A stretch of 64,000 nucleotides of DNA, taken from assembly GCA_963813715.1 (NCBI GenBank), contig CAWFAK010000007.1, positions 512,001 to 576,000 of the forward strand, written 5' to 3'. Source of the DNA: an uncultured Planctomycetaceae bacterium (GTDB taxonomy: Bacteria > Planctomycetota > Planctomycetia > Planctomycetales > Planctomycetaceae). Below the pieces are notes generated by a model, which saw nothing but the letters and a program-made list of their open reading frames with translations, was not told the DNA's origin and did no database searches. Each line of letters starts with the position of its first letter. The first letter of the stretch is position 1. The translations under genes were made by a program, and so were the position numbers. This document shows, in pieces, positions 40,538-52,868 of the stretch.

Positions 40538-41110
40538 ATGAACCTCTGGGCGCCGCCGGAACGGACTGAGGACGAGAAGGTCGCGCTGTTCGGCACGCTC
40601 GACGAGGAAGGCTTCACCAACGCGGCAGTCGGCCTGTGGATGGACCTTCTGAGCTGTCCGCTTGCTCATGCCGCTTCTGACGCGTTTCATACGGTCGAGC
40701 CCCCGCCGCTCGGAGAAATGCGCCGCTACCCGCCACTGCCCGAGGCCACGAAGAAGCTTTTCGCTGAGATCCAGCAGGCCAAGCTGTCCAGTGATCTGGG
40801 CGCGGCACAGAGGATCGTGCGGAATCTCTACGGCGGTGCGAGCAACTCACCGAAGGTGTTGTCTGCCGACGGAAGCGTTCCTCTCGACGCGCTCGGACTG
40901 ACGAATGAGGAATTCGTCGAGGGCATTTTCAGTCGCGCGGCGCTCGGGAAATTGGCCCTGATGGCCGACGCGTGCCGGAGGGAATTGGGATACCGGTGGC
41001 GGTACCCCGAGTGCGTCGTGCCGTCACTGAAGGCGGTCATGCGAGAAGCATTTTGCAACATCGACGCGCTGATCGAGAGATTCGCATTCCTCAAAAGCGA
41101 CGAGAGTTGA
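40538..41110 (+). CDS. Hypothetical protein
   Basis: 190-aa ORF with protein-like composition; no recognised motif. Confidence 0.55.
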   Translation: MNLWAPPERTEDEKVALFGTLDEEGFTNAAVGLWMDLLSCPLAHAASDAFHTVEPPPLGEMRRYPPLPEATKKLFAEIQQAKLSSDLGAAQRIVRNLYGGASNSPKVLSADGSVPLDALGLTNEEFVEGIFSRAALGKLALMADACRRELGYRWRYPECVVPSLKAVMREAFCNIDALIERFAFLKSDES

Positions 41111-41238
41111 TCGTAGCGGCAGCGTGGCCACTACCGGAGACCTTCGGGAGAATTACCATTCATTGAGAGCCTTAAGCGGGGGTGTTAGGCTGCTGGGGGG
41201 CTTTCAAAGTCCGCTCGAACGTCGAGCCGAGGGATCCC

Positions 41239-42520
41239 GTGGCCATCGATCTGAACGTCAACATCGCCGCGTCTGACTTTAAGGCGAATCCGTTCCCGAT
41301 TTATCGCCGACTGCGGGAAACGTCCCCCGTCCACCGGGTAAAACTTCCCGATGGCCAGATGGGCTGGCTGGTGACGCGTTACGACGACGTGGTGCGCGTG
41401 CTCACGGACGATCGGTTCGCCAAAGACGCCTTTCGTGTGCTCTCGAAAGAACAGTTGTCGAAGGCGCCGCTTTTGGCCAAGCTGATGACGCCGCTGCTCA
41501 TGCCGCGTGGCACGGCACATGCTCAACCGCGACCCGCCCGATCACACGCGCCTCAGGGCGCTCGTGCAGCAGGCGTTCTCGCCGCGGCTCGTGGAGGGGA
41601 TGCGCGGCCGCATCCAGGCGCTTGCCGACGAACTGTTCGACCGCGTCGAGCGCCGCGGTCGGATGGATCTCATCGCCGACTACGCGTTGCCGATCCCGAC
41701 GACGGTCATTGCCGAGATGCTGGGCGTGCCCGTGGCCGATCGCCACAAGTTCCATCGCTGGTCAGGCGCGATGTTAGCGGCAGGCGCCACGCGGTTCGGC
41801 CTGCTGCGGGCGATGCCGAGCGCCTTGCGCTTTATGCGCTACATTCGCCAGCTCATCAAAATTCGCCGCGCCAACCTGCGCGATGACCTGATCAGCGCGC
41901 TCATCACGGCCAAAGACGCGAACGAACGTTTGAACGACGACGAATTGCTGTCGATGATTCTGCTCTTGATCGTTGCCGGGCACGAAACGACGGTCAATCT
42001 GATCGCCAGCGGCATCCTGGCGCTTTTGCAGCATCCCGACCAGTTGAAACGACTGCGCAGCGACCCGGCCTTGATCAAGCCGGCCGTCGAAGAGTTGTTG
42101 CGATTCACGGCCCCGGTCGAGACGGGGACCGAACGCTTCGCGACCGAGGAAGTCGAAATCGCGGGCGTGAAGATCGCCCAGGGAGCTTTGGTGATTGCGT
42201 CGATCGCCTCGGCCAACCGGGACGAGAGTCAGTTCGCCGGCCCCGATACGCTCGACATCACTCGCGAGCCAAACAGGCACCTGGCGTTCGGCCAGGGAAT
42301 CCATTTCTGCTTGGGCGCGTCGCTCGCGCGGCTGGAAGGACAAACCGCGATCAAGACGCTCTTGGCCCGCACGAGCGATTTGCGGCTGGCGGTCGACCCG
42401 GCCGCGCTGCGCTGGCGGAGCGGTCTCGTCCTGCGCGGGTTGAAGGCGCTCCCCGTTTCCTTCACGCCCGCAGCTCCCCGAGTCGCGCGGCCGGAGCTGG
42501 CCGAGACCCTTTCTCATTAG
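41239..42520 (+). CDS. Cytochrome P450 (CYP107-like; frameshift near 41505)
   Basis: DPPDHTRLR, AGHETT, EELLR, HLAFGQGIHFCLG heme-binding motif. Confidence 0.93.
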
Positions 42521-42590
42521 TTGTGCCGCCTGAGAGCTCGCACGGCTGCCGCGTGCGAACCCGCTCCCGGCCTCGTGGCACCTCAGGTCT

Positions 42591-44102
42591 TCAAACGACG
42601 ACCGGCGCCTGTGTCAGCAACTCGCCAACGACGCGGGCGCCGGTGACGGCCGGGTCGGTGAGGGCTTCGTCGCGGCCTTGGTGGGGATAGGTGAGGCGAT
42701 TGTGGTCGATGCCCAGTTGGTGCATCAGCGTCGCCAAGAGGCTCGGGCAGGTGACGATCTTTTCGACCGCCTTGTAGCCGAACTCGTCGGTGGCGCCGTG
42801 CACGTAGCCGGAGCGAAAACCGCCGCCGGCCAAGAGCAGGCTGAAGGCGTAGCGGTTGTGATCGCGGCCCGTGCCGCCTTGCGTGATCGGCAGCCGTCCG
42901 AATTCGCCCGCCCACCAGACGATCGTGCTCTCCAAGAGGCCCCGCTGTTTGAGGTCGGCGATGAGCGCGGCCGTCGGCTGGTCGACCTGCGGGCAGACTT
43001 TTCGCAATCCCGAGGCGAGCTCGTTGTGGTGGTCCCAGGGCATCGTGCCGGAGGCGATCGGCGCGGTCACTTGCACGAAACGGACGCCCTCCTCGACCAG
43101 TCGCCGCGCCATCAGGCACCGCGTGCCGAAGTTCGCGGTCGCCGGCTTGTCGAGCCCGTAGAGTTTCCGCGTGGCCGGCGTTTCCTGCGACAAGTCGAGC
43201 AGCCCCTCGGCATGCAGCTGCATGCGGGCCGCCAGCTCGTAGCTCTTGATGCGGGCCTCGAGATCGCCGTCGCGGGGGTAAAGCTCGCGACGATCTTCGT
43301 TGAGCTGCGTCAGCAGCGCCAGATCGTTGCGTTCGACTTCCGGCGGCATTTGTCGCGACGCGTGCAGATCGAGCACCGCGGCGCCGCGAGTTTGAATTTC
43401 GGTCCCGCGAAACAGCGCCGGCAGCCAGCCGTTTTCCCACAGCGTCGTGCCGCCGTTGTTGTAGCCGTCAGGATCGCGGAGCACGACGTAGGCGGGCAAG
43501 TCCTGGTTGAGCGTGCCCAGAGCGTAGCTCACCCACGCGCCGAACGTCGGCCGGCCGGGAAAAATTTTGCCCGTGGTGAGACAACGCAGGCCCTGTGGAT
43601 GATTGTTGTTGTCGCAGACCATCGACCGCACGAGGCACAGATCGTCGGCAACCGAGCCGATGTGCGGCAACAGCTCGCTCAGCTCCATCCCGCATTGGCC
43701 GTGGCGGTGGAACTTGAACGGAGAGCCCATCAGCAGATTGGCCTGGCTGCCGGGCTGAAAGCTTTCGACTTTTTGCGGATGCTTCTGGCCGCTACGTTTG
43801 TTGAGCTCGGGCTTCGGGTCGAAGAGATCGACCTGGCTCGGTCCCCCATTTTGCATCAGCAGGATGACGGACTTGGCCCGGCCGGGGAAATGCCCGGTGC
43901 GCGGTGTGAGATCGCTGCCGCCCAGCGCGTCGTTCTCGTCGGCGGCGGCCAGTTCCCGCGCGAGCAGATGCGACAGGGCCAGCGAACCGAAGCCCATCGC
44001 GGTGCGTTCGAGGAACGCCCGCCGCGAAAGCCCTGGTCCCAGCCAGGTCGGTTCTCGTTTCACCGCACCACTCGCACTGAAGTCACGGGCACAAAAGGTC
44101 AT
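42591..44102 (-). CDS. DUF1501 family protein
   Basis: SRRAFL Tat motif, QNGGPSQVDLFDPKP, ARRLVEEGVRFV, WDHH, GEFGRLP, GRDHN; ATGA overlap with the upstream gene. Confidence 0.92.
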   Translation of the reverse strand: MTFCARDFSASGAVKREPTWLGPGLSRRAFLERTAMGFGSLALSHLLARELAAADENDALGGSDLTPRTGHFPGRAKSVILLMQNGGPSQVDLFDPKPELNKRSGQKHPQKVESFQPGSQANLLMGSPFKFHRHGQCGMELSELLPHIGSVADDLCLVRSMVCDNNNHPQGLRCLTTGKIFPGRPTFGAWVSYALGTLNQDLPAYVVLRDPDGYNNGGTTLWENGWLPALFRGTEIQTRGAAVLDLHASRQMPPEVERNDLALLTQLNEDRRELYPRDGDLEARIKSYELAARMQLHAEGLLDLSQETPATRKLYGLDKPATANFGTRCLMARRLVEEGVRFVQVTAPIASGTMPWDHHNELASGLRKVCPQVDQPTAALIADLKQRGLLESTIVWWAGEFGRLPITQGGTGRDHNRYAFSLLLAGGGFRSGYVHGATDEFGYKAVEKIVTCPSLLATLMHQLGIDHNRLTYPHQGRDEALTDPAVTGARVVGELLTQAPVVV

Positions 44103-46307
44103 TCGGAATAAAGGAACTCGCTGGTATTGAGCAGCGTGCGGCACAATTGGGCGAGGGCCTTCTGACCGGCCCGAGTCGCGGTCGCACCGGCCCGCTGAAA
44201 CGCCGCATTCTGCCGGGATAAAAACTCGGAGCACTGCCGCACTTCTCGTTGGGTCGGCTGGCGCGACAGGGCCAGTCCAAACGCCGTCTCGACCGCTCGA
44301 TCCGGCGTTTCCGACGCGGCCGCTGCCCGTCCGGCCAGGTGCTCCGCCTCGTCGGCAATGAATTCGTCGTTGAGCATCGTCAGCGATTGCAGCGGGATCA
44401 CCGACGCGTCGCGCTTCGGGCAATTGACGGCGAACGCCGGCCGATCGAAGACGCTCAAGAGCGACAGGTTGTATGCCCGCCGCGAGAGCAAGTAGACGCT
44501 CCGGCGATTGGCGTCGCCAGGCCGCCGCAGTTTCGACGCATCGACGGTGACCAGGCCGTCCGGGCGGGCGATCAAGAGAATGGGCCGTCCGCCCATCGTT
44601 GAATCGAGCCGGCCGCCGACGGCCAACACGCAGTCGCGAATGGACTCGGCCTCGAGCCGTTTGGTGCGCATCCGCCACAACAGCCGATTCTCGGGGTCGA
44701 CGGTGGCCGGGTTCCGCGCGGTCGTGTTGCTGTCTGCGATCTGCGACGTTCGCCGCACCGACTGCGAGGTCTGCTGGTAGGCCGCGCTCAGCATCAGGGC
44801 CCGAATGAGGGGCTTGGTTTGCCAGCCGGCCGGTCCCTGAAATTCGGCCGAGAGCCATTCCAGCAGTTCCGGATGCGTGGGCGTTTCACCCTGGACGCCG
44901 AAATTCTCCGGCGTTCGCACCAGTCCTTCGCCGAACAGGTGTTGCCAGACGCGATTGACGTAGACCCGCGTGACGAGCGCGGCCGCCCGCGAATCGTGCC
45001 GCGTGATCCACCGCGCGAAGGCCAACCGCCGCCCGCTATCGGGACCAGCCGACGCCTGCTCGTGCACGACCGCCTCGTCGCGCGAATCGCAGAGCACGCT
45101 CAAATAGCCCGGCTGGACGACCGCTCCGGGCGTCTCGAACTGGCCCCGCTTAAGTAGGTGCGTGACCGGCGCGGGGCCGACGTCGTAGATCGCCTGAATA
45201 CGGTCGACGCGGCGCCGCTGGGCGCTCTGCGCAGCCACCAGCCGATTCAACTTCGCTTTGACTTGCGGGTTGCAGCCCGGCGTGCCCATGCGGCTTCGCA
45301 TGCGGGCCACGTCGCGATCGACGTCGGCATTGAAGCGATCGATCTCGGCCAGCTCGGTTGCCGACGCGTCGGGCAGCGCGGTCCCGGATTTCGGGCTTCC
45401 ACGGAAAGACGGGCTTCCAGTGCTCCGGGTTGTAGGCCGGCGTGAAGAGGGCCATCAGCCGGTAATAGTCCCGCTGCGGAATCGGATCGAACTTGTGCGA
45501 GTGGCAGCGGGCACAGTTGACGGTGAGCGCGAACAGGCTGTTGCCCACCACCTCCACCGTGTCGTGAAGCACGCCGTAATAGTTGAGCGGAATGTTGCTC
45601 TCGGGCTCGTGAGTTTGATCGCGGGCCGTCCGCAGATAGCCGGTGGCGATCAGGTCTTCGCGAATCTCTTCGGTGAACCGGGGAGCGTGCCGCCAGTCGA
45701 CCAGCTCGTCGCCGGCCAACTGCTCGAGCAGAAAGCGATCGAAGGGTTTGTCGGCGTTGAACGCATGAATCACGTAGTCGCGATACTTCCACTTCCCTTC
45801 GCTGACAAAGATGCCGTTGGCATCGCTGTCGAAGCCGACGGTGTCCGCATAGCCGACGACGTCGAGCCAGTGCCGACCCCAACGCTCCCCGAAGCGGGGC
45901 GACGCCAGCAGCCGGTCGACCTGGCGGGCGAAGGCGTTGGGTGAGCGATCGGCCAGAAACGCGGCCAGCTCCGCCGGATTGGGGGGCAAGCCGTGAAGGT
46001 CCAGAAAGGCTCGCCGGAGCAGGGTCGAGCGGTCGGCCGGCGGCGAGAAGCCGAGACCTTCGGATTCGAGCTGGGTGAGCAGAAAGGCGTCGATGGCGGT
46101 TTGGGACCGGTCCGCCTGTTTCAGCACAGGAACGACCGGCCGCCGCAGCTTTTGAAACGCCCAATGTTCCTTGTCGCGGGCGGTGACTTCCGCAGAATCG
46201 CCGTCTTCCCCGAACGCGGCGCGCGGCACCAGTGCGCAGAACGCAACCGCTAATAAAGCGGAGACGAATACGACGCCGAACGTGAGGCGAACGAGTGCCG
46301 AGGGCAT
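44099..46307 (-). CDS. DUF1549/DUF1553 protein (frameshifted near 45290-45375)
   Basis: HWAFQ, LLRRAFLDLHGLPP, FGERWGRHWLD, CARCHSHKFDPI; C-terminal part VNRVWQHLFG, PTHPELLEWL, RLEAESIRD, LNTSEFLY. Confidence 0.9.
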
Positions 46308-46491
46308 CGTGCGGGTCTCAGGCGGGCCGAGCGGGCGGGGAACGAGGCGGGGAAGGTCAGCGATGCGTCCCCGATTCTAACGCGCCGACTCGCGTGCGGC
46401 GACTGTCTCTGCGCCGACCCAGGGCGGAGTCACCGAGACGGTGCCCACAGACGGGACCGTCGGCCTCCCCGAAATTCGTGAAAATCAATCA

Positions 46492-46522
46492 TTGACTCTC
46501 CCGTCAGGGGAGGTCTTACGAT
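46492..46522 (+). promoter_or_regulatory. MerR-type promoter/operator with a 19-bp spacer
   Basis: TTGACT-N19-TACGAT with dyad GACTCTCCC-GTCAG-GGGAGGTC, about 33 nt before the MerR gene. Confidence 0.8.
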
Positions 46523-46555
46523 GACTCGCACCTCGATTTCGGGAGCCCACGCGGC

Positions 46556-47359
46556 ATGTTCAGCATCGGCGAATTCTCGAAGCTCAGCGGCTTGACCGTG
46601 AAGACGCTGCGCTTCTACCACGAAGAGGGATTGCTGGTCCCGGCCTATGTCGATCCCGACACGGGGTACCGCTACTACCAGGAAGGGCAGATCGAGACCG
46701 CTCGCGTCATCGCCTACCTGCGCAATTTGGAATTCACCATCAGCGACATCAAGGCGTTGCTTGCGCAGGAGAGCGAGAGCGACTTACTCGATTTGCTCGA
46801 GCGGCAACGGTCGCAAATCAAGGAACAGATCAAACGCCTGCGCCAGACGGTGCGCTCGCTCGATCAATTCATCTCCGAAGAAAGGCAGGGTCAAACGATG
46901 GCCGAGCTGTTGGAAAACGTCACCGAGAAACAGTTGGACGCCGTGCTCATTGCCGGAATCCGCATGAAGGGCCGCTACAGCGATTGCGGCAAGGGTTTTG
47001 CCCAGCTAGGCCGGAGCTTCGGACGCTTGATCTGCGGCAAGCCCCTGCTCTTGCATTACGACAGCGAGTATCGGGAAGACGACGCCGACTTCGAGGCCTG
47101 TCTGCCGATCCGCCAAAGCAAATCGGTCGAAGGAACCTCCGTGCGCGAGCTTCCCGGCGCGCGTTGCGTCACCCTCGTCCACAAGGGCCCCTACGACCAA
47201 ATGGGCCGTTCTTACGCCAAGGTCCTCAAATGGATCAAGGAGCGAAACTACAAAGTGGTGCTGCCGACGCGCGAGGTCTATCTCAAAGGACCGGGAATGA
47301 TCTTCCGGGGCAATCCGAAGAACTATGTGACCGAGATTCAGATTCCGGTGGACGGCTAA
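46556..47359 (+). CDS. MerR family regulator with GyrI-like effector domain (BmrR-like)
   Basis: FSIGEFSKL..KTLRFYHEEGLL.P..DPDTGYRYY; HKGPYD, REVYLKGP, TEIQIPV. Confidence 0.93.
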   Translation: MFSIGEFSKLSGLTVKTLRFYHEEGLLVPAYVDPDTGYRYYQEGQIETARVIAYLRNLEFTISDIKALLAQESESDLLDLLERQRSQIKEQIKRLRQTVRSLDQFISEERQGQTMAELLENVTEKQLDAVLIAGIRMKGRYSDCGKGFAQLGRSFGRLICGKPLLLHYDSEYREDDADFEACLPIRQSKSVEGTSVRELPGARCVTLVHKGPYDQMGRSYAKVLKWIKERNYKVVLPTREVYLKGPGMIFRGNPKNYVTEIQIPVDG

Positions 47360-47413
47360 AGCCAGAGCACGCCCGGACGGAAAGATCTCGGGCGGTTTAC
47401 ACCGCCCGCTCGG

Positions 47414-50400
47414 CTAGTTCTCGTCGGCGGGCGGAGCGAAGCCGCGGCGGAAGGTGTTCTCGGTGATGTTGATCGGGATCACGAACTGCAGCAGGTAATC
47501 GGGGCCGCCCGCTTTGGTGCCGATGCCAGAGAGTTTGAAGCCGCCGAAGGGTTGGCGTTCGACGAGAGCGCCGGTGATGCCGCGGTTGAGATAGACGTTG
47601 CCGGCTTGCAGTTCGTGGCGGGCCCGCTTGAGGTTGGCGGGGCTGCGGCTGAACATTCCGCCTGTCAGGGCATACGCCGAATCATTCGCCACGTCGAGGG
47701 CTTCGTCCAGGTCCTTGACCTTGATGACGGCCAGCACCGGGCCGAAGATTTCCTCGCGCGCGAGCCGGGATGCTGGGTCGACGTCGCCGAACACGTGTGG
47801 GCCGATGTAATAGCCGTCGTTGGCCGGCGTCTTGACCGCTCCGGCCGCCAGCAGTGGGAACGTCTCCTTGGCGAGCTTGATGGATTCGTTGATCCGCTTG
47901 AACGCTTCTTCGTCGATCACGGGGCCGATCGAGGAGTCGGGCAGCTCGGCCGGGCCCACTTTGAGCGACGTCGTGGCTTGGGCGAGCTTTTCCACAAAGG
48001 CGTCGTACACCGACTCGAGGACGATGCACCGCGAGCACGCCGAGCACTTTTGGCCCGCGTAGCCGAACGCGCTATACGTCACGCCAAGGACGGCTTCGTC
48101 GAGGTCGGCGTCGTCGTCGATGATGATCGCGTTCTTGCCCCCCATTTCGGCGATGACGTGCTTCACGAATTCCTGGCGGTCGTCCGGTTTCGACGCTTCG
48201 TGGTTGATCGCCAGACCCACCGAGCGCGAGCCGGTGAAGGCGATCAGATTGACGTCGGGACTGCCGATCAGCTCCGGCCCGACCTCTTCGCCCACGCCGG
48301 GCAGGAAATTGACGACGCCGTCGGGAATGCCGACGTTTTGCAGAATCTCCATCAACTTGTAGCCGACGACCGAGGATTGCTCGGCCGGCTTGATGATCAC
48401 CGTGTTGCCGGTCACCAGGGCGGCCGCCGTCATGCCGGTGAGGATGGCCAGTGGAAAGTTCCAGGGGGCGATCACGGCGGCCACGCCCCGCGGGCGGTAC
48501 GAATAGTCGTTCTCTTCTCCGGGCAGGTCGTGGCGACGGCCCGACATCAGGCGGCGGGCCTGATCGGCGTAGTACATGCAGAAGTCGATCGCCTCGGCGA
48601 CGTCGGCATCGGCCTCGATCCACGGCTTGCCGCACTCGTGCACTTCCCAGGCGGCCAGCTCGAACCGCTGGTTGCGCATGGTGGCGGCGACCAGCTCGAG
48701 ATATTCGGCCCGGTGGTCGACTTCGGTCCGCGACCACTGCTTGAACGCCCGGCGAGCCGCGTCGATGGCCAGCGAAGCCTCTTCGGCCGTCGCCGACGAA
48801 ATGATGCCGACCACCTGCGACTTGTGCGACGGGTTGATCGACTTCATCTTGCCCATCGTTTCGATCGCCCGCCCGTTGATCACGAGCGGATAGTCCTTGC
48901 CGAACTCCTCGGCCGTGTCCTTCACCGCGCGTTCCATCGCGGCTCGCGCGTCGGCCCGGCTGAAATCGGTGGGGGGCTCGTTGTTGAACGTGCGGGCGGG
49001 CTCGGCCGGAACGGCGGCCGGCGCTCGGCTGGAGGCAGCGGGCCGCGGCCACTTCGGTCGGTTTCATCAACAGCTCCTCGATCGAAACCTGTTCGGTGAA
49101 GCTTTGTCGCAGGAAGGAATCATTGGACGTGTTTTCCAACAGCCGGCGGACCAGGTAGGCCATGCCGGGGATCAGCTCGCCGAACGGCGTGTAAATCCGC
49201 ACGCGCTGGCCGCGGTCGGCCAAGAGCTGCGCCTGGTCGCCCCCCATGCCGTAGAGCATCTGCAGCTCGTAGGCTCCCTCGGGCACGCGGAGGTGCTTCG
49301 CGCAGGCGATGCCGTAGGAGAGGCTCCGCAGGTTGTGGCTGCCGAGGGCGGGTCGCAGCCAGCGATAGTTCTCCATCAGGAACCGCGTGAGCCGCTCGAA
49401 ATTGGCGTCGGACTCCCATTTCTGCTGGTAGACGGGAATGGGCCAGCCGTGCGCCTGGGCCATGATCGTTTCGTAGTCCCAGTAGGCCCCCTTCACCAGC
49501 CGCACCCAGATCGGCGTGCCGCGCTTTTCCGCCCATTGCAAGAGGGCTTCGGTGTCGCGCTGCGCCTCGGGCAGGTACGCCTGCACGACGATGCCGACGT
49601 CGGGAAAGTCGCGGAACTCGTCCTCCATCAGAATCTCTTTGAAGATCTGGAAGGTGAGGTCTTTGTAGGCGTACTGCTCCATGTCGACGTGGATGTAGGT
49701 GTCGTGCTCGCGGGCGGCCCGCAGCAAGGGACGCAGCCGCTGCTTGACGTGCTCGGCCGTGCCCGCCACGTCGATGGGGCGAAACTGGCTGTAGAGGGCC
49801 GACAATTTGAGCGACAGATTGACCCGCGGAATGCTGCCTTCGTGATCGCGATCGAGCCGCGGCACTTCCGACCAGGACTGCACCTCGGTCGCCATCCCCT
49901 CGATCAGGTTGAGGTAGCTTTGCTGATACGCGTCGGCGTCGCGCTCGCTGGTCGTGGCTTCGCCGAGCAGGTCGAGCGTGAAGGCAAACCCCTGCTTGCG
50001 GAGCTTGGTGACCGCGGCCAGCACTTCCTCGACCTTCGCACCGGCGATGAACCGCTGCGACATGCGGAGCGAGTTCGACCGGGCGTTGAGGGCCAGCGCC
50101 TTGCCCAGGACCGAGTTCGGCTGCGAAATCTCCAGCCCCAGCCGGACGGCCAGCGGCAGGTGCGAGCGAACTTCGTCAAAGTATTCCTGCAGATGGCGGG
50201 TGACGGCCTGGTGCGAGTGCAGCATGGGCAAGACGTCCACGAAGCGGAACATCTGCACCTTGACCGACTCGTCGGCCATGGCCCACGACAGGATGCGATC
50301 GTCCCACCAGCGGCGCTCGAAGATCGACGGGCTCCGCCGTTCCAGACGGGCGAACAGCTCCCGGCCAATCTCTTGCGTCTCGGCCTCGATGGCCGCGTTG

Positions 50401-50513
50401 AGGTCGGCGGATTTGGACCAACTCGCTCCCCCTCGCCCCTTGCCGCGCTTCTCAGAGATAATCCTTGCGTGCTTGATTTCGAATTCACCGAGTGTCCCTG
50501 CCTCGGCTGCCAT
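47414..50513 (-). CDS. putA: Bifunctional proline dehydrogenase / P5C dehydrogenase (frameshift near 49040)
   Basis: DLLGEA, VDMEQ, VRLVKGAYWD, AYLVRRLLENTSN; EAIDF, IAPWNFP, FTGS, EMGGKN, GQKCSACSR, QPFGG. Start uncertain. Confidence 0.93.
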
Positions 50514-50665
50514 TTTAGCCTCTCGACCTGAGCCGCTGTTAAGTTCAAGATTTTGACAATGACGCTTCCTTGACGAAATTCGGCGCCGGGCGGCTGCTCC
50601 AGTTCGAGGATGTCTTGAATTATTCGGAGGAACCGCGCTCTTTGTCTGCGTCAAAAGTGCGGAAA

Positions 50666-51345
50666 TCATAGGGCAGCTTCATCTCGAAGGACATGGACCC
50701 CGTGGCGATCCTTACAGAAGAAGCCGCGTTTCGCGCAGTTCTCTTCAGGATGAGTATTGAGCTCGGGGGGCTGCAGACGCGACGCCCTTTTTTCGTCATT
50801 TAATTCTTCAATAAACGTGCGCACCCGGACAAACAACACATCGTTAATAGACCGCGGCTTGCAAGCATCAATATGATTTGCATCCAAAGCGATTGGTACT
50901 ACGCCTGGAAGCCCGGGATCGGCACTCGACTCGTCGACGACCATTACCAAGTTAGTCGCGAGTTTTTCGTAATAGACTTGAACACGGATACCCAATTCCT
51001 CCACAGCCTGCCTGAACCACAGGTTCAGATTTATTAACCTGGCATCATTCTTTTGTAGGTCATCAATAATTTTATTTTTGCGCAGGACGGACCGTAGGTA
51101 GTCGACCCAATTCGCAATGCTCGACCCGGAGTGGGGGGTAGCTATGAACACGATACCGCACGTCGACCTTAAGATGTCACGCCAGCCCGATTCTCCGAAG
51201 TCCTTCGCATTGCGTAGCATCTGTTTGACAAGCAATCCACCAGAGACTGTGCACGATAAACACGATTGGTCGCTTGCCCAAGCCCTTAAGAGCCAGTTCA
51301 ACCAGGGCGTTAGTTGCGGTTCGGCCAAGGGAGACCGCTTCGGCC
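50666..51345 (-). pseudogene. 5'-truncated alpha/beta hydrolase fragment (SERAC1/PGAP1-like), AT-richer than its flanks
   Basis: RPIVFIVHSL / GGLLVKQML across a frameshift near 51245, GIVFIATPHSGS, VVDESSADPG, DANHIDACKP. The N-terminal HG-containing strand is not visible. Confidence 0.65.
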
Positions 51346-51586
51346 GGCTGGAGCGGTGCGCGGCGCGTCCTTCTGGGCGGCCTTGGCCCGGCTCGTTCCC
51401 CCTCGCCCTTTTTTCGACGTCGACATCCGGCAATCCTTGCGCTCACAAGCACGGGCGGACAAATCGCCCGCGGCACCCAGTGCGGTCCGGATGAATTATT
51501 GCGAAGCGGGCAAGCATTGCGAAGCGTTCGCCAAAAACCGTTGGCGACCGACGCCTGAGCCCCGGCGTTCGTGCATCGACGCACGC

Positions 51587-52818
51587 TTATGTGGTGTAGT
51601 CGGCGTTCAAACGCACGTATTCGGCCGTCAGATCGCTGGTCCAGAAGCGGATGGCTTCGCGACCGAGCGTCAGGTCCAGCTCGATCAGGACGTCCCGATT
51701 CGCGCGGAGGCCCTGCGAGAGGCTTTTGGCGTCGAAATCGGTCGGGGCGCCGGCGCGGTAGAGCGGCACGCCGTTGACCTTAAGGCTCAGATCCTCTTCG
51801 CGAAATGGGACGCCCGCGTAGCCGGCGGCCGAGATGATGCGGCCCCAGTTCGGGTCGCCGCCCGCAATGGCCGTTTTGACCAGCGGCGAATCGGCGATTG
51901 CGCGGGCAATCCGTACGGCATCCTCCCGAGTTTTTGTGCCGCGGACGTCGAGCGTGATGAAATGGTCGGCCCCCTCGGCGTCGCGAATGATGGCCTGGGC
52001 TAACTCGGCAGCCACGTCATCGACCATTTCCTGGAGCACGGCCAGTTCACGCTCGCCCAGCGGTGCGCGCTGTCGGTCGCCCGACGCCAGCAATAGCACC
52101 GAGTCGCTCGTGCTCATGTGGCCGTCGACGCTGATCGAATTGAAGCTGCGCTCGACGGCGTGCCGCAACATCGGGTCGGCCTGACGCGGGTCGAGGGCGC
52201 GTCGGTCATCAACACTGCCAGCATGGTCGCCATATTGGGGGCAATCATCGCCGCCCCTTTCGCCACGCCGCTGACGCGCACTTCAGCCCCGCCCACTTGG
52301 CGACAGGCCGTGGCCAGCTTGGGAAAGGTGTCGGTTGTCATGATCGCGGTTGCCGCGGCGCGAAATCCCTCGGCCGTGGACGTGAGTCGGCCGGCAACGT
52401 TGGGAATTCCCGCCGCCAGCTTTTCGCGGGGCAGAAACCGCCCAATCACGCCGGTCGAGCAGACGAGCACATCTTCGGCCGGGCAACCGAGTTGGCCGGC
52501 GACTTCGGCCGTCATCCAGCGGGCATCGTCATCGCCGCGTTCCCCCGTGCAGGCGTTGGCGTTCCCCGAGTTGATGATCACGGCGCGAGCCGTGCCTCGC
52601 GGCACGCGCAACCGCGAAATTTTCACCGGAGCGCCGCAAACCAGGTTCGTCGTAAACACGCCGACTGCGGTCGAGGGTCGATCGGCCGCGAAAAGCGCGA
52701 GATCAAGCTTCGAGGAATCCGACTTGATGCCGCAGGCCACCCCGGCCGCGCGGAAGCCGGCAGGCAGCGGAATCGACTTCGCGGCCTGTTCGGTCGCCGA
52801 GAGAGTGTTGGTCGTCAA
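51587..52818 (-). CDS. argJ: Ornithine acetyltransferase / N-acetylglutamate synthase (frameshift near 52190)
   Basis: [71 protein letters not shown]. Confidence 0.95.
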
Positions 52819-52868
52819 GACGGCGGGGCTCCTCATTAAGGTCCGGAAGGCCGTAGCGAGTGGCAAAC

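Noticed and set aside
42591..44858. 755-aa DUF1501 with a long N-terminal extension
   Set aside because: The extension overlaps the DUF1553 gene out of frame; the likely start is 44102 (ATGA coupling).
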